Part shown: piece by piece, positions 39,613 through 51,693 of the stretch
Layout: the number at the start of each line of letters is the position of its first letter
How positions within the stretch are numbered: position 1 is the stretch's first letter
DNA from: Eledone cirrhosa
Lineage: Eukaryota
DNA length: 64,000 nucleotides
Direction of reading: 5' to 3'
Assembly: GCA_964016885.1 (NCBI GenBank)
Contig: OZ024743.1
Coordinates: forward strand, 289,912,001 to 289,976,000
Position numbers and translations under genes: made by a program
The notes under the pieces: model-generated
Told to the model about the DNA's origin: nothing
The model's input: only the letters and a program-made list of their open reading frames with translations
Database searches by the model: none

Positions 39613-42083
39613 TTATATATAGGGTTTAAAGTTTTGGAAAGAGTGTCGGAAGCTGTGTTGGCAAGATGCGAACACTTCTGATTTTTTATTAAGGAGATTA
39701 TGGTTAGAGAAGAGGATAGAATGGGTCTCTAGCAGACAGAGGTTACAAAATGTATTAGGTGGTTTGTACGCTGTTGCATTACCTACCACTCCCCATTTAA
39801 GTGTATATAGTTTATTTTTAGTTTTTAGATAGTGTATGTAGCTAGATAGTGAAGTAAAGTTGGCTAGACTGTGTTTTTTGAAAGAGTGGAGGTGCGAATT
39901 GTATCTAGTTTTGAAGCAGTTAGAAGTAGAGCCTATATAGGTTTCAGAAGTGTTGTTAGTTGTGACTGTACATGAGTATATGATATCCTTGGTTAAGCAT
40001 TTTTTATCTAAAGGGCAGGTTCTATTAGATCTACAGTTACAATTATTCTGGGTGTTAGTCTGCCGGTTAATATGCTGTGTAGAAGTCTGGATGTTAGCTA
40101 TAGGGTTATGGTTATGTGGGTTGTCGTTCCCAGCGTTATTGTTTACACTAGTACTATTATTATTATTTCTATTGATATTAGGGTTAGTTGCTATAATGTT
40201 ATGTTGAATGTTATTTTGAAGGTTTATCGTCTGTTGTGATTTAGTTTGTTGGAAGTAAGAATACATTTTTCTTTTATTGCTACTAGCTATGTGGTATGCT
40301 AAGTTAGGCGTAGTAGAGTATGAGATTTTAATAGTGTTTTTGTTTAAAAGGCTATGGTACTTGTGGCTGGATGGGAAGTTGTTATCTAGTATTGAGAAGA
40401 AAGCCCTATGTAGGTTGGTAGAGACGTTTAGATTGAAAGGAGGGTTGAAAAATGTATTATTTCTTCTTCTATTTCTGTTTTTATGTCTGGTGATTTGTTT
40501 CCTTTTATGTTACTATGGTAATTTCTGTGGTGTGGATTACTTTTGTTGTTATCATCTCTATTAGTGTGTGTGTGGTTGCTATTCTTATTATTAAATTTTC
40601 TCATGGACATGTCGTGCGAAATAATGTTGTAGCTATGCGCTTTTGTAGGTAGGAACTCGATCACTATATTATGGCCTGATCTAGCTAATGCCTGATTATA
40701 ATATTGCGAGTTATTGTTAAATATGTTTACGTCATAGGATAGATGAGATATTCTATCAGATACTCCTTTAGAGATAGAGTTTAATATAGATCTAGGGTGA
40801 TTAGACTTGGTATCAACGTAAATGAGTTTTTCATTAGGTTTATGGAAAGGTGCATATATCATTGAGTCTAGGTAGAGTGTGGCGCCTAGGAAGTTGACGT
40901 TTTTAGTGTTTTTGTCCATGGTAATACTAAGGTTATAGTTTTTGAACGTCTTGTGCAATAGTTTTCTAGTTCTTTCTATATTGATTTTTTTTATAATCTA
41001 TAATTAGAAGTGCATCGTCGCGATACAAACCACCGTTGAGGTTAGGAAGGTCCTTATGGATTTGGTTAAGTAAATATAGGCCGACTAAACAGTGAACTGC
41101 GCCGAGTCACTAGACCCCATGGTAATGTCGAAGTTGTTTTGCGTATCTTTGCGGGTCCATAATTGGTCTTCAAAGGTGATTAGTGTTTTACGGGCCGCAA
41201 GTATGACATCTATCTGGGGTCTAGTCAGGTCACTATTGTCCATGGCCATTTTAAGTGCCTTATTTAATAGGATAGGGGAAATAGAGGTGTAGTAAGAATT
41301 GATATCAAATTGAATACATTTTTTATCCTTGTTATCTTTGATATCTTTGAACCATTCAATCACTTCACCCGTATTTCCCCATTGTTTAAGGTAAATCTTG
41401 TGTTTAATCTGTGGGATGATTTTATTTAGAATTTTTTTACTGATAATGCCAATGTCAGACTTGGAGAGGCAGATGAGTCTAATCCATGGGTTGCTAATGA
41501 AGTCCTCCTTATGGTCCTTCAGAGAGAATCTAGGGGGTTTTGGTGTATATGGTTGTGTATGTCTCTGGAGCCCTAGTTTGGATACTATATTATAGCCTTC
41601 AGTATTAATATCTTCTAAGTTTTTCATGGTGGTTTTCTTGTAGCTTTTGTGTAGTTCATTATATATAAACTTTCTATATGTATTATAATCTAGGCTGTAT
41701 ATGTTATTAGTTTTGTCCGCATGTACAAAAATGTTACTACTAGTTTTGAAATCATTAATAGAGGTGCTAAGTTTGTTTAAGCAGGTGTTGTTTTTATTAC
41801 GGTGTTTTATGTATTTAATATTCTTAACTAGTTTTATTAGGTCATTTTCGAAGGGGTTTAGTAGTGTGTTATGAGGGGGGCTTCTAAAGGTTTTAAAGCC
41901 GAAGGAGTCAAATTTGTTAGTATTATTAACCTTGCTAGATTTGTTTTTATCATAATGGAATGTCCTCCATCTCACTCTATTGATAAAGGAGTTTACACTG
42001 TCGATCAATAACTGTTCATATGTATTTTTGGGTGGTATAGGTATGTTCTTGGTTGACATAAGGAGTTGGTCTTTGATCAGCAT
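39613..42083 (-). pseudogene. PLE RT and GIY-YIG endonuclease (about 820 aa) with two frameshifts
   Basis: STKNIPIP, ADKTNNIY, QFDINSYYTSI, ITMGSSDSA, GLYRDDAL, VNFLG, SNHP, CNCRSNRTCPL, DIIY...YIGST...R...H, CNLCLLE...CQH. Frameshifts near 41095 and 40500. Confidence 0.9.
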
Positions 42084-42130
42084 GCTGGTAATTTATTGTA
42101 TATCAGCTCAACAATATGGAGCAGTTATTA

Positions 42131-42528
42131 GTATTAAGGATACTATTTATGGTTATGTATATAATAAAACCTTTTATGGTTATATATTTTTTATACAAAC
42201 CCCAAATAGTGAAAGATAGTCATTCATCACTATCTTATTACCAGTAAGATAAATAGCTCAATGTAGTAACATCGGTTGTTTTACAGAGCAGTTATATAGA
42301 GATTACAATAATCAAAGTTCAGTTTAAATCATTTATTTGCTTACAATTGTCTCCTCCAGACTGAGGTTTGGATTCTTCGGAGCAACTATTTAGTGATCTA
42401 TAACATACTTGACCTCCTTTTCAACACAAGAGATATATAAAAACATATGCATATATTGACCCACAGTGGGATGACATCCATCATAATGATATAGCATGGC
42501 AATTTACATATAAAGGTTAAAGGATAAA

Positions 42529-42559
<31 letters not shown>

Positions 42560-43153
42560 TAAAAATAAAAATAAAAATAAAAATAAAAATAAAAATAAAA
42601 ATAAAAATAAAAATAAAAATAAAACATTGGCAGTTTATGAAGATAAAGCAAGAGGAAAGTTTAGAGTAGTCAGTGTATGAATCAATCTCACGTGTAGCAT
42701 GCACGCGTGTCTTATTTATACAGGATTAGAGTGCGGCAGATCGTTACTTGTAGGATCAGGCAGTTAAAGCAGGCAATCAATAGAATTATGTGGGCTGTAT
42801 TGTTAAATCATTTTTTCGCATACACCTGTATGATATACAATCCCGAATGAAGAGAACCACCAATATATCAAAAATATCAAACATATAAAACATATTATAA
42901 CATAGGCAAAACAGTACCACTCTCTTCGCGCACACCACCACTCACATAATCCATTAAACGCAATATATAGACTACAGGTCTATCACACAATCCACGATGA
43001 TTCAGCATAGATCCAAGTTATAAACCATATATTGTCGATTCTTAATTAATAGATCATGTCGTTTAGTTTTGTGAGATGATATTATATTCCGGAAGGGTGT
43101 GTGTGACCAAGGGAAGTTAATGCGTAAGGGGAGGTAACTAGCTGATTTTCATA
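42131..43153 (-). repeat. 5' pseudo-LTR (direct repeat of 37291-38395) containing (TTTTTA)n and an HHR
   Basis: Near-identical to the element 3' end; stops about 50 bp before the ORF start. Confidence 0.9.
42337..42385 (-). ncRNA. Hammerhead motif in the 5' pLTR (CCGA core)
   Basis: TTGCT-CCGAAGA-stem II-GAGA-CAATTG-TA-AGCAA. Confidence 0.6.
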
Positions 43154-43717
43154 TATCAATAGAAATAATAATAATAATACTAGTGTAAACAATAACGCTG
43201 GGAACGACAACCCACATAACCATAACCCTATAGCTAACATCCAGACTTCTACACAGCATATTAACCGGCAGACTAACACCCAGAATAATTGTAACTGTAG
43301 ATCTAATAGAACCTGCCCTTTAGATAAAAAATGTTTAACCAAGGATATCATATACACATGTACAGTCACAACTAACAACACTTCTGAAACCTATATAGGT
43401 TCTACTTCTAACTGCTTCAAAACTAGATACAATTCACACCTCCACTCTTTCAAAAAACACAGTCTAGTCAACTCCACATCAGTATCTAGCTACATACACT
43501 ATCTAAAAACTAAAAATAAACTGCATACACTTAAATGGGAAGTGGTAGGTAATGCAACATCGTACAAACCACCTAATACATTTCGTAACCTCTACTACTA
43601 GAGACCCATACTATCATCTTCTCTAACCATAATCTCCTTAATAAAAAATCAGAAGTGTTCGCATCTTGCCAACACCACTTCCGACACTCTTTCGAAAACT
43701 TTAAACCCTATATATAA
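43154..43717 (+). pseudogene. Inverted duplicate of the PLE GIY-YIG region
   Basis: Reverse complement of 40177-39613 with substitutions and a small deletion. Confidence 0.85.
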
Positions 43718-45466
43718 CAATGTCAGACTTGAACCCGTCACCACCTCTAGCAATTAGCATCAGTGGCACACCTTACACCTCATTTTCACACCTATTTATA
43801 TACTCTAAAGCTAATATTGGCAACCTTATAGTACCATCTACCCTGGAGATACCCCCATGTACTTCTAATTCTGATATGTTGGCCTTGGATTACTTGGACT
43901 GCATTGCACAAATATATGATTAATATAAACTGTAGACACTGTATTGGTTGTGTTAACATAATCCTGTGCATGGAGTGCCACCATGAGATAGAGGGATGAT
44001 TAAGTAATTAATTTATTATTAAAGTGACTATATATTCTATACGATGAGTACAATGAATTATGCACAGGTGATATATGAGTTAGGAGTTTCTGTATTGCTT
44101 GATGACCAGATTAGTGTCCTTTGATGGGAGAACTGGTCCCCGGACCACCCTGGTGATATTTGAATTTACCAGGGATTCAGACATACCCTGACTCGGAACT
44201 TACCGGGAGTCTTATATGGTAATAAGACCCTTATTAGTAATAAGACCCTTATACATATAATCGATTTTGAAGTCTGACTCTTCTTATAAATTGTTCAGGT
44301 GTGGCACTCCATATTGGATTATAATCATCATGATATGAACTCCTTTAGTACTTCTTAATAGACTGCACTCTAATTTATAGATAAGAAACCTAATTTAATT
44401 TATATATGAGATGGGAGTTTATGTATTGCTTGATGGCCAGACTAGTGTCTTTATATGAGAGAATTGATCTCCGGACCACCCTGGTGATATTTAAATTTGC
44501 CAAGGATTCAGACATACAATGACCCAGACCTTACCGGGAGTCATATAATAATAATAAGACCCTGCCAGGTTCTGTGGGTGGACTACACTTACAAAGAACA
44601 TTGATTTGGAGGTCTGACTCTTCTTGTAGAACGTTCAGGTATGACACTCCTTAATAGAAGGTAATCATTCTGATATATAAACCTTCAGTACTTCTTAATA
44701 GACTACACTGTAACCTATAGAATTAGTAACCTAATCTAGAAATGAGTTATAACATCATATGATAGGCACTCCTTAATAGAAGGTAATCGTCCTGATATAT
44801 ACATCTTTAGTACTTGTTAATAGACTACACTGTAACCTATAGATAAGTAACCTAATCTAGAAATTAGTTATAACATCATATGATAGGCACTTATTTGAAA
44901 CACCATTAATGTAATTTAGGATAATAAATTTAACTATGAAAATCAACTAGTTACCTCCCCTTACGCATTAACTCCCCTTGGTCACACACACACTTCCGGA
45001 ATATAATATCATCTCACAAAACTAAACGACATGATCTATTAATTAAGAATCGACAAGATATGGTTTATAACTTGGTTCTATGCTGAATCATCGTGGATTG
45101 TGTGATAGACCTGTAGTCTATATATTGCGTTTAATGGATTATGTGAGTGGTGGTGTGCGCGAAGAGAGTGGTGCTGTTTTGCCTATGTTATATATTTTAT
45201 AATATGTTTGATATTTTTGATATTTTGGTGTTTCTCTACATTCGGGATTCTATTTCATACAGGTGTATGCGAAAAAATGATTTAACAATACAGCCCACAT
45301 AATTCTATTGATTGCCTGCTTTAACTGCCTGATCCTACAAGTAACAATCTGCCGCACTCTAATCCTGTATAAATAAGACACGCGTGCATGCTACACGTGA
45401 GATTGTTTCATACACTGACTACTCTAAACTTTCCTCTTGCTTTATTTTCATAAACTGCCAATGTTT

Positions 45467-45712
45467 CATTTTTATTTTTATTTTTATTTTTATTTTTATT
45501 TTTATTTTTATTTTTATTTTTATTTTTATTTTTATTTTTATTTTTATTTTTATTTTTATTTTTATTTTTATTTTTATTTTTATTTTTATTTTTATTTTTA
45601 TTTTTATTTTTATTTTTATTTTTATTTTTATTTTTATTTTTATTTTTATTTTTATTTTTATTTTTATTTTTATTTTTATTTTTATTTTTATTTTTATTTT
45701 TATTTTTATTTT
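45467..45712. repeat. (TTTTTA)n microsatellite inside the PLE pLTR; also at 37694-37844, 42525-42623 and 25064-25137
   Basis: Direct reading; length differs between copies. Confidence 0.95.
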
Positions 45713-45853
45713 CATCCTTTAACCTTTATATGTAAATTGCCATGCTATATCATTATGATGTATGTCATCCCACTGTGGGTCAATATATGCATATGTTTTT
45801 ATATGTCTCTTGTGTTGAAAAGGAGGTCAAGTATGTTGTAGATCACTAAATAG

Positions 45854-45902
45854 TTGCTCCGAAGAATCCAAACCTTGGTTTGGAGGAAATAATTGTAAGC
45901 AA
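45854..45902 (+). ncRNA. Hammerhead motif in the inverted copy (CCGA core)
   Basis: TTGCT-CCGAAGA-ATCCAAACC tt GGTTTGGAG-GAAA-TAATTG-TA-AGCAA. Confidence 0.65.
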
Positions 45903-45989
45903 GTAAATGATTTAAACTGAAATTTGATTATTGTAATCTCTCTCTCTATATATATATATTTACGCATACATACATATCTATGCATACAT

Positions 45990-46084
<95 letters not shown>

Positions 46085-46092
46085 CATATATG

Positions 46093-46166
<74 letters not shown>

Positions 46167-46384
46167 ATATATATGTCTGTATGTATGTATTGTTTTTATC
46201 GCGGTTTGTTATAACTATGGACATATGCCTTCCTTAACTATGTATTAAATCTGGACGAAAATGTATTAAATTTTCGCACTATTGTGTGCTCTATTATTGC
46301 CGAAAACAATTAGATTGGTATCTGTTATAATGCGACAACAACCTCGATTTATGTATACTGTTATTACTAGAATTCTCCCTGGGC

Positions 46385-46572
46385 GGTGGATTGAAAGTAT
46401 CGGTAGAGCGTCGAACGCCATGCTTTGACGCATAAAGTTACGCCCCTTGCCATTCTGAGTTCAAATCCCGCCGAGGTTAACTTTGCCTTTCATCCTTACG
46501 GAGTCGATTTAATAAAGTACCAGTAATGCATTGGGTAAGTGCTGGCCTTGTGCCAAAAGTAGAAACAATTAT
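46385..46572 (+). mobile_element. SINE family A, near full length
   Basis: A-box-like GTATCGGTAGAGCG, B-box-like GAGTTCAAATCC, core and tail. Flanking direct repeat TAGAATTCT. Confidence 0.8.
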
Positions 46573-46659
46573 TAGAATTCTTTCAGTTTCATGTATTCAA
46601 TTAATTTTGTTAAAAAATGCTAGTTGTGTGGTTTTTTTGAGGCTATGAACATATGTTTG

Positions 46660-47145
46660 TTCACACCCTGAATTTACCCCCTAACAGTTCGGGCAAATTG
46701 ATCTACTTCTTTTCAGAAACCTCACCCGATGATAGAGGTGAATTTACTACTATATTATAATGCCTTAATCTCTCCCAGCATAAACACGTTGGATAATACG
46801 GAACAAAACTTGTCGATGACGGAGTCATACGTTCCATAACGAAAATACATTTATGACTTGCAAATCCATTATACAACTTGAGGTGCAGATTTCTGTAGTC
46901 CCAGAAACCTACCAACAAACAAGGCAACGGACAGAAATGATGCTATCGGCTATCAAAACATTAATTCTATCCGTTTCCTTGTCTTTAGATAGGACTGCTT
47001 TGGAAACATCATTACACAAAGATGCTCTCGGATGATGTCGCGCAACCGGATACATTCGTCATTGAAATATGTATCAGAGCTTTACATCTACACCGAACTT
47101 CACATTTTGCTTATTCTATATACACTTTGTTACTGACAAATAAAT
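46660..47145 (+). mobile_element. Diverged PLE 3' UTR related to the 51.5-54.1 kb element
   Basis: Shares the ACGGA...TCCGT hairpin, the GGA.TGC.T.GGAAACAT motif and the HHR. Confidence 0.5.
47024..47080 (+). ncRNA. Hammerhead motif (CGGA core)
   Basis: GCTCT-CGGATGA-TG...CATT-GAAA-TATGTA-TC-AGAGC. Confidence 0.55.
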
Positions 47146-47217
47146 CATATTTGGAAGAACAAACATGGAGTTGATTGCTTCAGCCTAATTGCATCATTAT
47201 GTCAACATGTTTAAAGT

Positions 47218-47349
<132 letters not shown>

Positions 47350-47597
47350 TGAAGACCAGAGCAATTAACATATGTTATAGAGGCCAGACAAAATGAAAAC
47401 AGTAGTCGTGAAGCCATCAGCCACCGGAGCCAAAAAAAAAACGAAGCAAGCTAATTAGGTTTCAAAAGAATATATATACATATATATTTATATATATATA
47501 TAGTAATAATAATAAATTTGAAGACTAAAATCCAAAGATGGCTCGATAAGGATAAATATATATCAAATATATAAGAACCGTAGAGCAAATATTTATT

Positions 47598-47712
47598 AAA
47601 ATAACAGATTAAAGTTTAAGCAAAGAATCGATGCTTTCACCCTTAACGGGATCTTCTGAAACATTAAGGGTGAAAGCAGCGATTATTTGCTTAAGCTTCA
47701 ATCTGTTATTTT
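47598..47712. mobile_element. Foldback PLE end with a CAGA-core hammerhead (47614-47662, minus strand)
   Basis: Copy of 3163-3225 followed by its inverted partial duplicate. Confidence 0.65.
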
Positions 47713-47742
47713 AATTAATATATATATAGAGAGAGGGGGAGA

Positions 47743-47801
<59 letters not shown>

Positions 47802-48487
47802 GTATAGATAAATGTGTATGTGTGTACGTGTCTGTATATAGTTTTGTTTATGGGGCTCTCTCTGTCTTGTATGCATGTTTATCTGTATCAACTAAGGTAT
47901 TGTAGATGATCCAAAATGCGATTCGAAACCAGACAGGGTTAAGCTGGATAAAATGAGATTACATCCGGAAATGAGACTTGATATATGTAAATTTTGAAAA
48001 ACAAAATATTTCTTATTTACTGCATATAAACAGAAACAGCCTGTACGTGTTTTAAAACCCTTTGACTCACATAATTCCCCTAAACCTTTATTTGTTCAAG
48101 TATTCATTATCTATTTTACTTTGTGTTCTTCTCTAACCTAATAAGGATATTGAAATCTAAAAGTAAACGAGACAGAAATTAAATATTCTAAAGCATAAAT
48201 CTAAAATAAAACATGCAATTGTGATTTATAATAAATTCAAGTCTAATTTTCTTTCCTGAGTAAACATTTACTCACGATAAATTGACTTTTCGACGAATTA
48301 GAATGGGGCTAATTGTTAATTTTGAAGGGAATCCATACATACGTGTACAAACATCCATTTCTGATAACAACACTCCATTATATATATACTTATGCGAGTG
48401 TGAGTATATCAAGGAATAGACATAAAAACTAAGGATACACGCATACAGAAGTACGCACGCACACACACACACACTCATATATATATA

Positions 48488-48529
<42 letters not shown>

Positions 48530-50361
48530 ATTTATATATATATTTAATATATATATATATATATATTACATATATATATATATATATTCATATATACATT
48601 ACATATATGTATATATATTCATATATATATATATATATATATATTTATATGAATTTATATATATATATGTGTGTGCGTGTGTGTGTTTGTATGTGAGTAC
48701 GTGTATATATATACAGGTACTCACATACAAACACACACACGCACACACATATACATTATATATATTTACCAATATGTGTGGACCTATGTGCGAGTTTGTC
48801 TTTTTTGGTGTGTGTATGTGTGTGTGTGTTTGTGTGTGTGTGTGTGGGTGTGTGTGGGTGTGTGTGTGTGTGTGTGTGTGTTTGTGTTTGTGTGTGTGCG
48901 TGTGTGTTTGTGTGTGTAGTTTGTCTATAATTATGCACTAGTAAATGGGTATAGGAAAATGGACGATTCTGGAAAACAAATGTCTAAAAGAGTAGAGTAA
49001 TCATTAAAATTGTGTGATATTGCATTCTATATTCTATTTTTCATTTGATTTAATCGTTACTGACTTTGCAATATTTGTTGTCTCTGCTACAGTTGCGACT
49101 GCTACTAGATGTTTTTGCAGCGTATGCTGATTCTCACGTATGATGATCAACATTTTCCTCGGTGTTGTTTTACCACATCTAAACTTTCATTTATAAGATT
49201 TAATATTGTTTATGAAGCTGAAATTGTTTTGAAATGTTTAAAAAGAAAGCGAACGGATATTTATTTACATTTCAGATCAATGTTCATTTCATATAGGTCT
49301 GAAGAGAAATATCTTCTTTTCTAGTTAATTGAATTTTATTTCAATTTAATTTCCCATTCGAAAAGAAAAAAATGAAAATGAAGTCAATTACATGTTGTTC
49401 TTTAGTTCATGATTCTCCATAATTTTCTGGATAAAGAAATTCCATTTGTTTTTATTTATTTCTATCACGCAACACTCACTAGACTTTATGATGAGTTATC
49501 TGTTTTTCAATCGACATACCTGTGAAGATTGTGTAATCGTTGTTGGGGATGTTAGTCTGGCAGAAATTAGCTTCGGCTGAGCAGAGATTTTCATAGGTGT
49601 TCAAATCGTGACCACTCTATCTGATTTTAAGATAAATGTAATGACATTGTTACATTGGTCTACTAATAAAGTGAAGTTGAATTTCAGGGTAATCTGGCTG
49701 CTATGTTGAACTTGACAATTGTTTATGACTCTGCTCCACCACTGTATGAATTGTTAGTATGTAACATGTCTTCGGCAAGTGATTCACCTGTTAAGCAGTC
49801 ACCGAATTAAGACACATACACCATCTTGGCACGCTCTATCTTGATCCAGTGGAATATCCCGTATACATGCACATACACATACACAATCATGCATTTATAA
49901 ACACAGACCTATATACTGATTGTACCCAACGCCGAAGAATGTCTTTACAGCAAAAGATATAGACATTCACATACATATATTCACATACACGCATATATTC
50001 ATATATGTGTCCACGTACATGTGTGGACGTATATAAATATGTTCACGTGCTATCATATGTATTTCTTTGTATAATAATGGTTACTGTGTTCGGGAACCTG
50101 ATCACTGTTTAAATACTAACTGTCATTACAATACTTAAGATTACATTGATGTAATATTCGCTATATAAAAATAAATGTTGCTCTGTGTAACAATAGAGCA
50201 AATCAAATACATTTTCAATGCTCTCAGATATTTGAGCTTTTCTGATTTTCAAATATACCAAACGACACTTTGCACGGGTTCGTCCTTATTAAAGAAACTT
50301 TCTCCTAAAATAATTTCTTACGATAATATGTTAATAAATAATTTGCTGAAATAGATATTCA

Positions 50362-51165
50362 CTAGCTGACGTACCCAGCTTCGCCCGGGTAAACAGATGA
50401 TAAGAGAAGACAGGTAAAAGAGAAAATGACTGTATTGGATGTTTGTCTGGTTACAGTATGAGGCAAATCCGTGGTGTCTGTGTGATACAGAAGACAGTAA
50501 AAAAAATCTTCCAGATATACCAGATTCTTCGTTGTACCGTTTGTGCATAGTATATGAACAATTCTAGGTCCTCCACCTAGAATAGTGACCTCTAGGAGAT
50601 GGTTCATCTTCCTGCCTGACTGTAAAACGTGTATCATTGCATATAGGTGGTTGTTCGACGTTTCTCAAAAGGATGATGGAAGCTCCAATCGTTTATATCA
50701 TATATAGATATAGATATAGATATAGATATAGATAATTAATATAAAAGATGATGCTCAGCCAGTTCGTCTTCAACCATTGCAGCACGCCGTCGCTGCTTGG
50801 CTCCAGTGTTTCGTTGGCGTTGTTCAGCCAGCTCCTCTTCATTCATGGCGGCACGTCTTCGCCTCTGAAGTTCACTGTTTGATAAAGTCGAATTGCTTTT
50901 ACTTTTGTTGAACGTTGCACGCACGCACACACACATAAACATACGCGCACGTACATACACACGCACACATGGTAATAGTTACAGCGTTCACGTTGCCGCT
51001 CTGTTTCTTACTCACTCCTCTCACTCCCTCATTGGCATTATGCATATTAATTTAAGTTTGGCGTCGTTGAGGTGGACGGAGTCGTTTGAAACCTATGAAC
51101 CAATGATAATCGAGAATTATGATACACGGAATACTGACGTTGTTGAAATTAATATATATATATAT
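50362..51165 (-). mobile_element. Internally deleted Helitron
   Basis: 3' end has hairpin CCCGGGCGAAGCTGGG and CTAG|T; PIF1 helicase remnant GASIILLRNVEQPPICNDTRF; R/E-rich N-terminal repeat (QRRRRAAMNEEELAEQ). Confidence 0.8.
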
Positions 51166-51430
51166 ATATATATAACGCCTCCCCCGTGTCGAACAAACAC
51201 ATTTATAGCAGTATAATAAAACGTTATGATAAAAACAGAACAACTGTGCTGGTTTGCAATTAATTCAAGTATGTTTTCTTAAGTATTCGTGGCAGTCAGT
51301 TCTAAACGACAGCCTAGAATTTAGATTACCCAGCAACCTATTTAGCTACATATCTATCTACCCAACCACCTATCTACATGCAATGTTTGCTCTGTCTCGC
51401 TCTCACTCACTCTCTCTCCCTCTCCCCCCT

Positions 51431-51496
<66 letters not shown>

Positions 51497-51619
51497 GGTA
51501 AACATTGATGCAATTCAATTCAAGCGCTCAACGTACTTTTTCCACATAGGAGTGACGGAGTAAATATCGAATCAGGAAAAGCGAAGTAATTTCAGATGTT
51601 CAAGTACTTTAATAATAAT

Positions 51620-51693
51620 GCTGTGATATATATTTCAATGACGACACTGGCCACACCGTTCTGTGTGCGCGTGTCGTGACATCATCAGACAGC
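51620..51693 (-). ncRNA. Type I hammerhead ribozyme, canonical core, long stem II
   Basis: GCTGT-CTGATGA-..ACGACAC..CACAC..GTGTG..GTGTCGT..-GAAA-TATATA-TC-ACAGC. Confidence 0.8.

Larger units (their letters stand above)
37291..45941 (-). mobile_element. Penelope-like retroelement locus (Hydra-clade-like): pLTR, ORF, long 3' UTR, plus an inverted 5'-truncated copy
   Basis: Direct repeat 37291-38395 = 42131-43153; ORF 42083-39613; 43154-45941 is the reverse complement of 40177-37466; flanked by (TA)n. Confidence 0.9.

Noticed and set aside
44085-44310. Bona fide group I intron
   Set aside because: No recognisable P/Q/R/S consensus or P4-P6 domain; kept only as an unknown structured module.
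37466-45941. Inverted repeat as a simple assembly artefact
   Set aside because: Arms differ by many substitutions, indels and microsatellite lengths, and the layout fits known PLE insertions. Long reads are still desirable.
50736-50966. Host coiled-coil protein exon
   Set aside because: Lies inside a Helitron with a helicase remnant and CTAG end.
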